Origin: Octopus vulgaris
Taxonomy: Eukaryota
Reading direction: 5' to 3'
DNA length: 64,000 nucleotides
NCBI GenBank assembly: GCA_951406725.2
Contig: OX597820.1
Coordinates: 84,320,001-84,384,000, forward strand
Both the position numbers and the translations under genes were made by a program. This document shows positions 26,179 through 40,955 of the stretch, one piece after another (position 1 is the stretch's first letter; the number at the start of each line of letters is the position of its first letter). The notes under the pieces were generated by a model. The model ran no database searches. It was not told the DNA's origin and saw only the letters and a list, made by a program, of their open reading frames with translations.

Positions 26179-26609
26179 CTAAATTAAGTAGATGCCATAC
26201 ATGTGTATACGTAATGTGCGTGTTTGTTCCCAAATGGGTGCCACTCTAAAATAGTAATTCATTATGAGCCATGCGAAGATCACTTAATCAGCAGATATAG
26301 TGAATCGCACTGTAGTAACCGAATAACACTAGATTATGTCTCCAGTAGAACATGAGAGTAAATACATTTTAAATTGTAGATCAATCAAACAGACGGTCAA
26401 GGGTGCGTTTGTAGCAAGCACAGTTGCATGAGGTTTTGAAGAGGATGGTGAACGACTGCTTTGTACAAACATTAAGGTATAAACACTTCTGTAATATAAT
26501 ATTCATAGAGGACTTTCAGAAACTCAAAAATTTAAATCTCTGGTTTGAGGGGTGTAGTTGCATGTTATCTTGATTTAGTTACTTAGTCATTTACTTATTT
26601 CTTTAGTAA

Positions 26610-26753
26610 AACAAACTGTCCCCAGAACTTATTTTTTGTAAGCTTTGCACTCATTCTACCGGTTTTTGTTGCCGAATCGCTAAATTATGGTAACGTAAAC
26701 ACACCAACATCTGTTGGCAAACGATGGTGGGGGACAATCACAGACATACATAG

Positions 26754-26801
<48 letters not shown>

Positions 26802-26926
26802 CGGACTGCTTTCAGTTTCTGTGTACTAAATCTATTCACAAGGTTTTGGTCAGTCCAAGGTTATAGCAGAAGACAACTGCCTAAGATGTCACACAGTGGA
26901 ACTGAACCAGGAACCATGTGGTTGAC
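26610..26926 (-). mobile_element. SINE family A (tRNA head + internal (TA)n + body)
   Basis: Reverse complement of the 1186-1347 head and of the body seen at 1-100. Confidence 0.75.
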
Positions 26927-29745
26927 ATCACACTCCCTAATTATTTTTAAACATTTGTTACGGGGCCAAAGCAGCCGAGTCGTACTAAATAGAATATGCA
27001 TTGCGTGAAATATCTACGTTGTACGGGTTTTTCAGACACTTCTAGATATCATGCCTCTCACAGTTCGTATTATCTAACATTCCAAAGAGTATTTGTAAGT
27101 TTTATTTTCCCGGGTATTTGAAAGCCCATTTTTGATGGCTTCAGCAAAATGAACAAAGATGACGTGATAGAAGCTGACACTCATTATCCCTAATAATAGT
27201 AGGTTTGAAAGTTATGTATTGTAAACCAATACCTTTAAGTGTTAAGATCATGTTAAGAAATACAATTTTTATGTGGTGAAGTAAATACATCTAAAATGTG
27301 TTGTCTAATAGAAGAAAAAAAATGAAGCCCAAGCATATTTTGAAATGTTAGAAGAGAGTACACTATCAAGCGATACAAATAGAGGAATTAACATTAGATA
27401 TCGCTATATTGTCGGATACTGGGGCACAATAATTTCAATTTTGTATCTTTCGAGTTCTAGGTTTCCTTCACATTTCATTTAGTGTAGATACGCTATTGAA
27501 GCTCATATATTACTGACATGAATACAATTAAATTAAACAGATTAACAGAAACTAAGTGGCATGAAATGATTTTTAAAAATCGTTAAATTTATAATGAGAT
27601 TCACGTTTACGTAAGAATGTTAAAGAATTTTTTAAGCTTTAATAAAAAGGATTTATGTAGTTGATGCCACTCGATTCAAGTGTTAGAATGTTATCAATGT
27701 AATATAAGACCATCTCAAATAATATCGACTGTTAACGTCAATCGTAGAAAGAATACCTTTCAGCACGTTTCCTTTCAATTTAGTATTAAAAACCAAAACG
27801 AAACAATGAATTCCTCTAAAGGTTATGGTAATAACTATTTTCTAGATTTATTCTTTATTTCTTTAAATCATTCTGAATGACATAAAACGTAACAAAGATG
27901 AAACTGCAAAAAAAAAATTTTTTTTAAAGAATTATTAAGAAAGGAGTGGATTTTCCAATGGGGAAATTCCAGAGAATAGATAAAATGTATAAGTAAATGG
28001 AAATATATTTTTGTCATTACAAAAAATAGATAAATAAAATAAAATAGAAAGGAAAAAATAAAATTTATCATGAATGAAAGAATGGTGAAAGAAAGAACAC
28101 TAGTGGGTGTATCTTTATGTGCCGTTAAATTATTGTTTTGCTTTTCGGAGGAAATGAAATTTCAATCACTTACTGCTGCTATCAGCTTTTAACGAGTAAA
28201 AATGTCAACCTCAGCATATATTTTTAAAGATCAAAGCAAATTTTCTTAGGCTTTCACATTATTTCTCGTTGTTGGTGTCATTTATTGAGTTAAAAATGCG
28301 AGACAAGATAACATTTATTCAAAATTAAATTATTGCTTATATTTTATATCAATTTTATATACAACTGAATATAAATTAGTCATTCTTATCACAGAAATAA
28401 AGAGATATAAAAATGTTTGTTTTTGACCGCCAAATCTAAAACTTTAATGTTTAAATTGAGTACTCCAATATATTCTAACGGTAATGAACAAAGTATAGCC
28501 ATATTTTACTATGATGTGTATAGATGGAAGTAAATGAGATCTACTTAAATCACAGTGTTTCAGAAAACCAAAAATATTCAATGTTTTGTAAACGAAACTC
28601 TGAATAGTAAATATTCAAAAGTGTAGTAGGTGGTAAAGTATATCACGCCATATATGGCATGAAGTGAACAGGTAGTATTGTATACATTTTGAACTCTTTT
28701 GTATATATACGATTGTTAAACTAACGTCGATGTCACCTGCCAAGACCTACTTTATCCATACTTTTCTAAGAATGTCCATAATAGAGGCAGAAACACATTG
28801 CACTTCCTGGACGAAAGTGGTGCGATCATACAACTTATAATTTGCATATTCTACTGTGCATGATCGGTAGAATGCATGCACTTTTGCTTCATCTAATAAC
28901 ATAGACTCTTGCTTTTAGGCGGGTGAGTGTGTGTTTTATATATATGCATATGTGTGTGTGTGTCTATGTGCGTGTGAATGTATGCGTGCCTGTGTCCGTG
29001 TTGTGTTTTGTTGAAGATATGGATGCCTATGAGAATGATCGGATGATCTTTGTATTTAAATTTGGTTTCGTGTTTCCTTCATAACTTGTCTATTTTCTTA
29101 GGGCTAACGTGCTTCTAGCGCTTCCTGGCCTCATCGTCTGAATTAAATAATGGTTGCTGGTCACTCATTTACAGTAAAACAGAGCAATACTTTTGGCATA
29201 TATACATTTTGGTATAACATGGACTCGATATACGAAGCAAATTTGTTTATAATCTTTTTATGGTTGATGTTGGAGTATATTACTATCTGATCATTTTTAC
29301 ATCGCTGGGCATTTATTCAGTTAATTTTAGTAGTTTATTATGACATTGCATGGTAATTCCAGCAACAAATATGGAATTCGACATTTCTTCTGTGAATGTA
29401 GCAATATCGGTTAATGGTGGCAATATAAAATTTATATTGGTGCCGTTGAACCGGATGCAGTACTAGTACAACTCTGTTGTATTATTCTTTGTTACTTTGA
29501 GCAGATTTTATGTTTATATTCGTGCCAGTTATGAAAAAATTCATAATACTGATAGCAAATTTTGTATGTATATGTATTTTGTATTTCACAACATCAAATT
29601 GCTCATGGTTGTTTATGAATTTATAAAATATTTAACAGTCACCTTGATGGAGTGATATAATTTACTACATTTCTGCGGCAAATTTATGAGTAAACAGTGA
29701 TTGCGTAACTATGTTACATGTTGCCTGCTATTACTGTCAATATCC

Positions 29746-29747
<2 letters not shown>

Positions 29748-29804
<57 letters not shown>

Positions 29805-29842
29805 ATTATTATTAATATTATTATTATTATTATTATTATTAT
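29748..29842. repeat. (TTA)n microsatellite at the 3' end of a Dong-like element
   Basis: Directly visible. Confidence 0.95.
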
Positions 29843-31410
29843 TTGAAAACTCACTGCTCAGCTTTCTGGGTGTGATGGAAAGTGGTAGCTGTCCACGGCC
29901 ACCAGACAAAGGTGACACTTGTTAACTGGTCATGCTTCGAGAACCCTGAGAAGAATTCTTGCAATTTCAATCAATAATGGTTTTTGTAGCTGTCCTACCT
30001 TCCCACTTGCACCGATCTTTTTCAGCCATGCTGGTAGTTGAATGCTGACACTTCCAAGGGCAACAATTACTATTGGTATCACGTCTACCCTATTCATTGA
30101 GTACAAACATCGTATTTCCCACTTCAAATTGTCACAGTGGTTTATCTTTCGTTCTTCTTTCACATTGATCATGTTGTCACCGGGCAATTTATGTCAACTA
30201 CTGAAAATCTTTTATCAAAAGTCCTTGTACGTCATCAGGTTCCGCTGCTTTCCAATTGCTTATCATTTGCCCATTCTTCTGATAGTGTGGACATCATCTT
30301 ACTAGGTATAAGAAGCCGTTTGCTTCAGGCTGTATAGCCATTCAGCTGTAGTATTATGTTGTTCTTGCTTACTCAATATCTTACCCCCAAAAAGCCGATT
30401 TCCCTCAGCATCAGGTACTAACATTTCACGTTTTTTTATCGTCATTAATCTCTTAATAAAACCTCTTTTGGTCGGTTGTAAGCAATTTATTTTGCTGGTA
30501 TTGCTTAATTCGTTATTCAAATCTAGCTTTACCTTTTTTGCTTGTATGCGTTGCTTCAGTTCTTCAATTAGAAAATTCATGCCATTTTTTATTTAGACCA
30601 AACCTCTTCTTAAATTCTTCGAATTTCCATTCATTCTTCTGTTATCAAATTCTTTTCCTGACAAGTATTGACACTACACTGTTCAAGGAGTTTATATCTT
30701 AAGAAATTCTCCTTTGCCACTACGGTTGTTTATTTCCACTTTTATCCGTCGCTGTTTTATCTCAGTAGTTCTCAATCCCATCCCTTCCGACACAATCCTA
30801 CTACCAGCCTTCATACGATTATTTGTTTGTGTGATGTTTTTTTTATTTCAATGTGTCTCAGTACATTATTGACTTTACTTGTCTCTTGATTTAGTCACCG
30901 TTGGTCAGCCTTCTTAAAGTCACACATTAAATTATGTCTCTTCTGTATTTAATAGATCGAAAATCCTGTCTCTTATTAATCAATATCCCTTGTTTATGTA
31001 GTCACTGATCTCAATTCTTTCACAATTCTGTATTATGTTCTCGCGAACATTTTCCCATCTCTTTCGTTTCGTTTCTCGCAGTCCAGCATCACCCGATATC
31101 ATTCTTTTAATAGCTTCTCGTTCCAGTTCTGTTAAACATCCATTCTTTCATATAGCCCATGTTTGGTCACATAATCTCGGTTCTTCCATTTACTGTGCTT
31201 TTGTTGTCTGTACCTTCTGAGTGGCACGCCGTTTGCATCCACCGCGGTGTTCCGGTAGCAACACTACATAACAATCCTTTTCTAGTTGTTTACTCCATTT
31301 ATGTCTTGTAGAGTGGTTAACAGTTGCTGGATTACAACTGGGCCCAACCTGCTGAACAGTGCGGTACTTTAACCGTTGTTTCCAGTCCCGTTATTACTAT
31401 CCTGGTGATG
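29843..31410 (-). mobile_element. Internally deleted R4/Dong-clade LINE
   Basis: C-terminus PGD...KEERKI..DNLKWEI..VIPIVIVALGSV..LQK..IARILLRVL (29930-30187) plus N-terminal remnants (IEELKQRIQAK). RT core absent; 3' end abuts (TAA)n, the known Dong target. Confidence 0.8.
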
Positions 31411-31704
31411 ATGGTGATGATATAACAACAACAACAACAACAACAACATCTTTATAAGATGAAAATCCTACCGTGATCAGTATTTTCTTGTACTGATAAA
31501 ACACGTACCTATCAAATACTAGAGTGGATTTAATCAATTCCACATAACCTCCACCCCAAAATGACCTTTTTTCATTTCTGCTTTATTTGTTACACCAATA
31601 TTGGTGATATTGACAAAAGTGAAACCAATAAATGAATTGATGCTAACTATGTTTCAGAACCGCATAATTATACTATGTGCCCTACAATTGTTTCTGATAA
31701 CGTT

Positions 31705-31745
31705 TCTATTACTAATACTGCATTCTTTTCTATCTATTTTCAGAT
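31705..31745 (+). other. Candidate splice acceptor upstream of the GT31 gene (5' UTR exon start)
   Basis: Branch-point-like TACTAAT, pyrimidine tract ttcttttctatctatttt, CAG at 31741-31743. Confidence 0.4.
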
Positions 31746-32499
31746 GCAAATAAGATAACATTTGAACGAATCAATTATACCAGCCGAGAAGAAGGAAGAG
31801 TTTGAAGATATTGTAAACCATTCAAACAAAGACAGAGCAGGTCAATAAAATATATCTACACACCAAATAAATAAACAAACAAAAATAGATGATGAAATGA
31901 TACATTCAGCGAAAGAGATTTAAATCATTGCAGCTATTGAAGGATACTAACAGAATATATTTTTGAGAATTCTACGAAGATACGATATTCTTAACGAAGT
32001 TTTACTTCATTGCATACAACTGAGCGATGTCCTGTGGGAAGAATATTAATATATAGTTTTTGATCATATATTTTTTAGCATCGTCATCTTTCACTCCTTT
32101 TTCACGTCTCAATCGGAGTTTGAGATGGATTCAATTTCAGTGACTATAAATTAGTATTAGTATGCTTTATCCTCTTATCCCATACAATATAAACAGAAAA
32201 AGAAATCCAGTAGTCTACCAAGACATCCTCAGTAATGGTAACTGCAAGCATATGTTTCTTTGTTAAAACTTTTGCATCACTTACCCTTTTTGACAAAGTT
32301 TTATAGATAATGAAAGTGAAATGCTCTCCCCGATTTGGTGATAAAAACACAGCAGACTTAATACGTGTATTATGGAATACTGAGAAACGGGAAAAATAAC
32401 ATATATAAATCTTTCTATATCTATCTATTGAACAACATTTATATGTATATATATATTTATATATATATATATATATATGAACAAAAGTAAATATTTATT

Positions 32500-33735
32500 A
32501 TGAAGTACCTTCAAGTGTCACACCTGGGAACATTTGTTTGTTCTCCAGGAATAATTTTACGCAGAGCCATGGCGCTGTGTTCAGTATCGGGTATTTTTGG
32601 TTCAATTCTATTACTTTCACTGAGCTTTAGTTTCCCAGATGAACTCTCTGAACATCCGCTTCATTCTTTTGACAATAACGTAGGCAGAAAATCTACAGGG
32701 AATTCACATCTTGGTGGCTTGCATTCAGTAAGGAAATTTACACGTGTTGCTATGTCAAGCAACGATTACGATGCACGCGCCAATCATTTCCAGCAACAGC
32801 ATTCAAATGAAACTAATTCCACAGTATTTCAACGTTCACGCCTAAAGAGTGGTGTGTTTCAGCAAAGTATAAATTTGCTAGAAAAAGATGAAGTTAACGT
32901 CACAACTGAAGTGGGTATAGTGCCTAAACACTTTCAACAGTATAATAGTGCATTTCTAGTTGTAATTGTATGTAGTCATCCAGAAAGACTGGAGTACCGC
33001 CAAGCAATACGGGAAACATGGGGTTCATCTAGGGGTCAAGAATTTCATGTATTATTTCTAACTGGTAAACACGAAGATCCTTACTGGAATGCATTGATGG
33101 ATAAAGAAAATGCTCTCCACGGTGACATCTTACAAGTGGATGTCATTGATAGTTACAGAAATTTATCTTTGAAGGTCATTGGTGGCCTATGTTGGATAAC
33201 AGACAGTTTCCAAAGTATCGATTACGTCATGAAAACAGACGATGACGTATACATAAATGTTTGGTATTTATTAAAACTTTTGAGAGAAAAAGTAATAAGT
33301 CAACGGCAAATACTTGGGGCTTTGTCGATAATGTCCCCTGTAAAAAGAGACCTGAGGGATCCGTGGGGTGTGAGATTCAGTGAGTTTGCCCCAAAGACGT
33401 ACCCTCCCTATGTATCTGGAGGAGCTTACGTCATGTCACAGAAGGCAGGTAAGAAATTATGTGTGGAAAAATGGAAAAGACAATCGCCTTTTATTCATTT
33501 AGAAGACGTTTATGTAACAGGAATTTTAGCACAGGCAACTGGCATAAGCCATGTGGCACATCCAGGCTTTTCTTTTTGGACAAGTAAAAAGGCTAAGGCT
33601 GCCGATATTGCCAACAACAAAAGAGTGTCAAGTGTTAATATGACACCCGATCAAATTTACAAACTTCACAGACAATCGAACGCTTTACTTGTAAGTACCA
33701 CATCATCGGTAAATTCTAAGAAAGTCGAACGCTGA
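32500..33735 (+). CDS. Beta-1,3-galactosyltransferase-like glycosyltransferase (GT31 / Galactosyl_T), type II Golgi membrane protein, single coding exon
   Basis: Intact 411-aa ORF with RQAIRETWG, HGDIL, DSYRNLSLK, YVMKTDDDVYIN (DxD), YPPYVSGGAYVMS, EDVYVTG and an N-terminal hydrophobic anchor. Alternative start gccATGg at 32569. Confidence 0.95.
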   Translation: MKYLQVSHLGTFVCSPGIILRRAMALCSVSGIFGSILLLSLSFSFPDELSEHPLHSFDNNVGRKSTGNSHLGGLHSVRKFTRVAMSSNDYDARANHFQQQHSNETNSTVFQRSRLKSGVFQQSINLLEKDEVNVTTEVGIVPKHFQQYNSAFLVVIVCSHPERLEYRQAIRETWGSSRGQEFHVLFLTGKHEDPYWNALMDKENALHGDILQVDVIDSYRNLSLKVIGGLCWITDSFQSIDYVMKTDDDVYINVWYLLKLLREKVISQRQILGALSIMSPVKRDLRDPWGVRFSEFAPKTYPPYVSGGAYVMSQKAGKKLCVEKWKRQSPFIHLEDVYVTGILAQATGISHVAHPGFSFWTSKKAKAADIANNKRVSSVNMTPDQIYKLHRQSNALLVSTTSSVNSKKVER

Positions 33736-34017
33736 AGGGAGTCAAAAATTGTGCATGGCATATGTGTATTGTGTAGGCTGCGATAGGAGGAGTTCGTCGG
33801 AATAAAAAAAAAGAGAATAATAGAAATAAATAAATTGAATCATAATTGATCACCTAAGAGCAAAATGACTTAGAGGTGAAAAAGCTGTAGCCAGCCGGAG
33901 AAGGCAAAGAAGAACGTTAATTGAAATATAAAAAAAACAAATGGTGGAATATGTGACGTCAAAAATGGCGCTATAATCAAATATCCTAACGTAGCAAGAT
34001 TATATATACATACATAC

Positions 34018-34087
<70 letters not shown>

Positions 34088-34916
34088 TTATATATACATA
34101 TACACATATATTCATGTATATATATATACACATACACATCACTTTATATGTATACATACATACTTTTATATATTAATATATATATGTATATATATATATA
34201 TATATATACATATATGAATACAAATAAAAATATTACAATAACAACAATAATAAAACAAAAAAAAAATCTAACAATAACGAAGAGAGAAAGTAATGATAAT
34301 AATTGTGATAATATTAATAGTTCAATGAATAAAAGAAATAAATTAATAATAAGCAAAGTTTCTAAAATATTACTTAAATATTCCGGAAAGAATATGTACG
34401 ATATATAACAAATAACTATTCTTTCATATTTAAGTGAAAAAATCCAAATGAAAACCCCGTAAACAATATAATTTAAAAATACATGCTAATCGAAACAAAA
34501 TCTACAACAATGTTACAAAATGAAAAGAAGAAAAGAATGCAACAAAGTATATAAATCATATTGTATTTTGATCGAAAGGCAATTAATATTGCATAAGATA
34601 CACCGTCCTATAATATTTGACGTTTCACAACCACAAACTCTATAATTACATACACTGGTATTACAACTATTAACTGAAAATAAAATGAAATCAGCAAAAT
34701 ATTACCAACACTAAGACAAAACACCAAAACAAATACCAATACTGACGCCAACAATTCGGTGTACTTTTTACGAAAACTGGAAGAAGCTGCCTTAAATATT
34801 TTTTTTGTATTTATTTTAATACAATGTCAATAGATAAATCTTTCAACCTCTATTCCCATATATCCATGTATATATATATGTATATATATATGTATATATA
34901 TATACATATATATATG

Positions 34917-34949
<33 letters not shown>

Positions 34950-35023
34950 GTATATATATGTGTATGTATATATGTATATATATATATATATATTCTTTCG
35001 TGTGTATGCAAATATATAAATCT

Positions 35024-35085
<62 letters not shown>

Positions 35086-35293
35086 TTACGTATGTACGTA
35101 TATATAAAAGTCTGTGTGCCTGCCTGTATTGGTGTGTGTATGTCTGTGCATGTTTGTGTATGTATAGTTTAGCGTAAAATGCTCAATAGACACCTGATAT
35201 AGAGCGTGTAGAATTGGTTTTGGTCAACACAGTAATTTCCTCATTCTTAAAGACTACTTGCGGTTGCTGTCTTTACGTGTTGGTAAATGTGTT

Positions 35294-35339
<46 letters not shown>

Positions 35340-35413
35340 TATTGACAGAAACACATATATGTTTTGATAAAATACGTACATATGTGTATATATAGAGACA
35401 TACATACATACAA

Positions 35414-35447
<34 letters not shown>

Positions 35448-36246
35448 GTGAGTGTGTGTGTGTGCGTGTGTGTGTTTGTGTGTGTGTCTGTGTGTCTGTG
35501 TTTGCGTACGTGTGCGTGAATGTGTATGTGCCTAGAAATATCCGTACATGTATGTTCAGATTTGTTTCGTTTATGCAAAACATGTTCCTGTATTTGTACC
35601 AAGTAATTGTTCCTCCTCGCTTACCACGCAGTCTTTCAAACTTTCTACCTTCCATTCCCTTTCCTCCCTTATTTCTCTATATCTTGTTTGGCTTTTTTTT
35701 CTCAGACGCCAACATTAGTCCTCAATGGTTTCTTTTGTCAAACTGAATACGAGATATTTCTTCAAGAGATATTTGTCGCCTCTCTTCCATGAATATTTAA
35801 GTTCTTTTGTGAATGGTAAATTATGATCCTTGGGAAAAGCAAACTAACTATGTTTTCTACATTTTATTGACATATAATTTATCGACATGTACATTATCTA
35901 ATGCATCCATACGTTCTAACGAGGGAAACGACATGCAAGTCACTTCCTTGAATCGAAGCGATGATTTTGATGGAATCAGAATGTACATGCGAATATCTCT
36001 ACCTGAACTAAAATCAATAACATATTTTATTAGTCTTAGTATTTTAACAGACAAGATTAGTTAAAGCATTTCCATCCGGAGCTTCAACATATTTAAATCA
36101 ATTTTTCTAGGTAAATATAATCATTTCAAGAACAGTAAAATCTATAAATGGTATATTAATTATCAATTGCAAAGATAATCATATGTGTTTATCTTCGGAC
36201 TGATTCGAAATCTGACCATATTTAACGGTGTAATGCATATAATATA

Positions 36247-36290
<44 letters not shown>

Positions 36291-36324
36291 TACATATGCA
36301 TACATATATAGATGCATACATATA

Positions 36325-36419
<95 letters not shown>

Positions 36420-36937
36420 TAATGCGTCGGTGTGTCGGTGTGTGTTTGCAGGCTTAAATAAGGCAAGACTGTGAACTAAGGCAATTAGCGTATACGTTGC
36501 TCTCACAACATAATTTGCTGGAATAAATACTAGGAATAATCATTATCCTGACTCTGTAATAATTCAACCAGCCCACTGCACCTGACTGATAATATGTGGC
36601 GTAAAGGCAGAGCTATTAAAACTTTGGTTAGAATGTTGGATGGTGTTGGTAGTAGGTTGCCATACTTGAATCCACTGATTGTTCTGTGTTCGAATCTGGC
36701 CGAAGTCAGCACAAATATTTCCTAATTTAGAATACTTAACATTAGATAGCTGAGACTGATATATGGTGTAGGACAATAGGAAAACAGGAATAAAAAATAT
36801 ATTCGTCATATTCGAAAGGGTATGACGTTCTCGAATATATGACATTTTTATCGTATATTTACGCAAGCAATTATAGGAGATATTGAATGGAGGTTTTCTA
36901 AACGATACTACATTTAAAACGAAACACGCATATAATT

Positions 36938-36997
<60 letters not shown>

Positions 36998-37138
36998 AAT
37001 AGATATATGTGTGTGTATGTGTATGTGTGTATATGTGTATATATACATATATGCATATACATACATACACACACATATATGTGTGTCTGTGTGTGTGTGT
37101 GTGTATATATATCACGTGATCACGTGATATATATATGT

Positions 37139-37177
<39 letters not shown>

Positions 37178-37180
<3 letters not shown>

Positions 37181-37370
37181 AAAAAAAGTCAAGATAGAAA
37201 GTGCTAAAATAATTTTATAAAAAACTTTTCAGGACCGGTTTCAGTCATTGAGAATTTTTTCAACTGTAAGAATGGAAATTAATTATATTTATAAAAAAAA
37301 ACAAAGAAAAGTTTTTTAAAAGAATATTTGTATAGTGTTCAAATACAAGTGACATTTTCCTTGTTTCTGC
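37178..37370 (-). mobile_element. Short pLTR-like element with U3-A8 hammerhead variant, 3' end at (TA)n
   Basis: Homologous to 63677-63890. Minus 37228-37269 reads ttacag-TTGAAAA-aattc-tcaat-gact-GAAA-ccgg-TC-ctgaa. Confidence 0.72.
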
Positions 37371-37404
37371 CTCTCTCTCTCTCTCTCTGTAAATATATAT
37401 ATAC

Positions 37405-37425
37405 TAAAGGAAAGTGTACACCTAT

Positions 37426-37488
<63 letters not shown>

Positions 37489-37516
37489 TATATCAATAGG
37501 TGTACACTTTCTTTTA
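37405..37516. repeat. Palindrome: ~19-24-bp inverted arms enclosing (TA)n
   Basis: gaaagtgtacacctattga (37410-37428) versus tcaataggtgtacactttc (37493-37511). Confidence 0.92.
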
Positions 37517-38524
37517 TTTATTGACGAACATATTAAAATTAATGAATAGAAGGAAACAGGAATGTAAAATATAATGAAAACAAACACGTTAACTAAGTTT
37601 TGATTAATAATTTAAAAGAAACAACCGAAATAATTAATAATGTAGGTGTAAAAGTTGTTGAATAGATTTATGGTACATAGTTACCTGTAGTAGTTGAACT
37701 AAGAACCACAGGAATTAATTAAAATATGTAATTAAATGATTATTATCTCTGAACTATTTGAGTATACGCATATGCTGAATAATATCGTTAAAGAGAAGAC
37801 GTCATTACATTTCCGTGTTATATTATGAGGGCATATTCTGTCTTAGAAATTGATTTAAATCATCTCAGACTATGGCCGCGTTCAGGCAAAGCTAATTATC
37901 TGATCAAGTGTAGTAAATTTTCTATTGAAAAACTGTGTTCATCAGTAATGAGAAATGTAGAATATATCAAATACCAGTATTGTTACAAAATGGAATATTT
38001 GTCATAAACATCTACTCATCACTCAATTTAAATTAGTCTGGTAATGGCAGTATTTGATAAAATTCGCTGAAGAGATTTGAGCTGGCAGAAGTATTCCCTA
38101 AATTGTTTGCACAACACATTCACTAATACACACTCGACAAGGTGTTTGTATAAAATTCTAACGGAAATTAATGAGTGTACTGTGAAAGTGTTCTTAACCA
38201 AAACACAAAGAACATTGTCATTCGATACGATAATGTAGCTCTAAGCTTTAAAATCTGTAAGAATATCATCTTAGTATAATCTATAGCATATTCTACAATC
38301 TAAAACTTGTTTGGCTTCCTGTATTCCACGTATAAAAAGATTTGAAGAACGGATGAAATTATTTAGCATTGTACCTCTTGCTATAAAGAACTATACATAT
38401 ATACATGTATGTATAAATATACACATCCATTCATACACGCAGAGACACATACACCGACCTGCACATTCCGTATGTATGTATGCATTAATGTTTATTTTTC
38501 ATATATTTGTGTAAATATATGTAC

Positions 38525-38561
<37 letters not shown>

Positions 38562-38949
38562 TGTGTATGTGTGTCTATATATGTATATGTGTTTTGTGTG
38601 TGAGTGTGTATATGCGTCTAGCGTATGCGTGTGTGCTTGTGTGTGCATGCATAGGTATAGGTATACATGCTCAAATTTTTTCAGAGTAAATAATTTTTTA
38701 GAAATGTTCCAAACAGCTATCGTTGCAAATATTGATACCTTTTCATAGCCAAAACCTAATTTCAACAATCATATTTTAAAATGGTTACTCCAAGTTTCAG
38801 TACCTACTTTAGTTATACTTTCATTATGTTTAATTATGTACTAAATATTATCGATGTATCAAATATTATCAAAGATGCGATATGTGAAAGTGTATATTAC
38901 AAATGATTTCTAGAATCTAAGTTATTTACATTTGACGAATATGTGCCCT

Positions 38950-39662
<713 letters not shown>

Positions 39663-40027
39663 GAAAATGTCCGTTGTTTCGTTATTTTATATAGTATCGG
39701 CAAACTCTTAGACAATTACGTAGCAACCAAATACTTTGGACTTGTAACGAAATATGTAATTTAAGAAAAATAAGCAGATTAGAAAGATCTACATCTAGTG
39801 AGAATTTACGAAAAAGCAAAAGACGAATACGGGTTTGTAAGCAACAAACAGATGCATTAGTTAAACGCTCGTGAAGTGAGAAAGATTTTTACTTTCCGAG
39901 CCTACGCACCTCGATAGAAAGGAACACAGAAATAATTAGGGAGAGAAAATAGAAAAGTTTTAGTAGCTAGCGATCAATGATGGCGAATGCCGGACAGAGT
40001 TGTCACACAGGAGAGCTAGGAAGAATG

Positions 40028-40078
<51 letters not shown>

Positions 40079-40609
40079 TTGAAAGCTTCATGAATTTTCA
40101 AGGAGATGAGAAATGTATACAACAATGCCCAATTTCATAAATGTTAAAAATAAATGTACGTGGATACACTAAAGATAGAATTAGTGAAATGAAGCTAGAC
40201 AGAGAGAAAAACAGAGACAGTGAGGAAAGTAGGAGAAAGGTGAAAGGGAGAGGTAAACTAAAGAAAGGCAGAGGTGGTTTGGGAACGTGAAGGGCTTTAT
40301 TTAACGAGGATAAGAATGATTAGAAATTATTTGATGAAGTGTATATATTTTCAAAGATAATCTTAAAAGTGTATTCGTTCTAAAACATACCAAATGCACA
40401 AAAGGAAAGATAAAACAGAATGAAAGAAGAAATGGAGGAATAATTGTTAAAGTTAAATTCCCAAGAAGAGAATAGTTTGAAAATATCTTGCGCAATTTGA
40501 CACAGATATAATTCAAAGTAACACACTTGCATATATATCATTGACATAGTAACATTTAATCACTCACCCATAATTACAATTTTCTTTTAAATGTTGCAAC
40601 CATTAGATT

Positions 40610-40955
40610 GCAGCCATGATGGTGTACCACTTTGACGAATCTTAGAATCAACGCAAATGCTAACTTTTTTAACACTGGTACTTATTATATTCGACTATTT
40701 TGCTGAACAACAAGGTTACAAGAACGGAAACACATCCACACCCATTGTCAAACATTGGTGGGGCACAAACACAGACACAAAGACATTCATATGTATAGGA
40801 CGCGTTTCTTTCAGGTTCTGTCGACTAAATATATTGATAATGCTTTCGTCGGCCCGAGGTTACAGTTGAAGATATTTGTCCATGACGCAAAACAGTGAGA
40901 CTGAAGCTCGAACCATATGGTAGGGATTCAAACTTCTTACCACACAGCCACACCT
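40610..40955 (-). mobile_element. SINE family A
   Basis: Homologous to 26610-26926. Confidence 0.7.

Noticed and set aside
39870-39925. Possible minus-strand hammerhead remnant (gcgtaggctcggaaagta)
   Set aside because: Core too degenerate to support from this copy alone.
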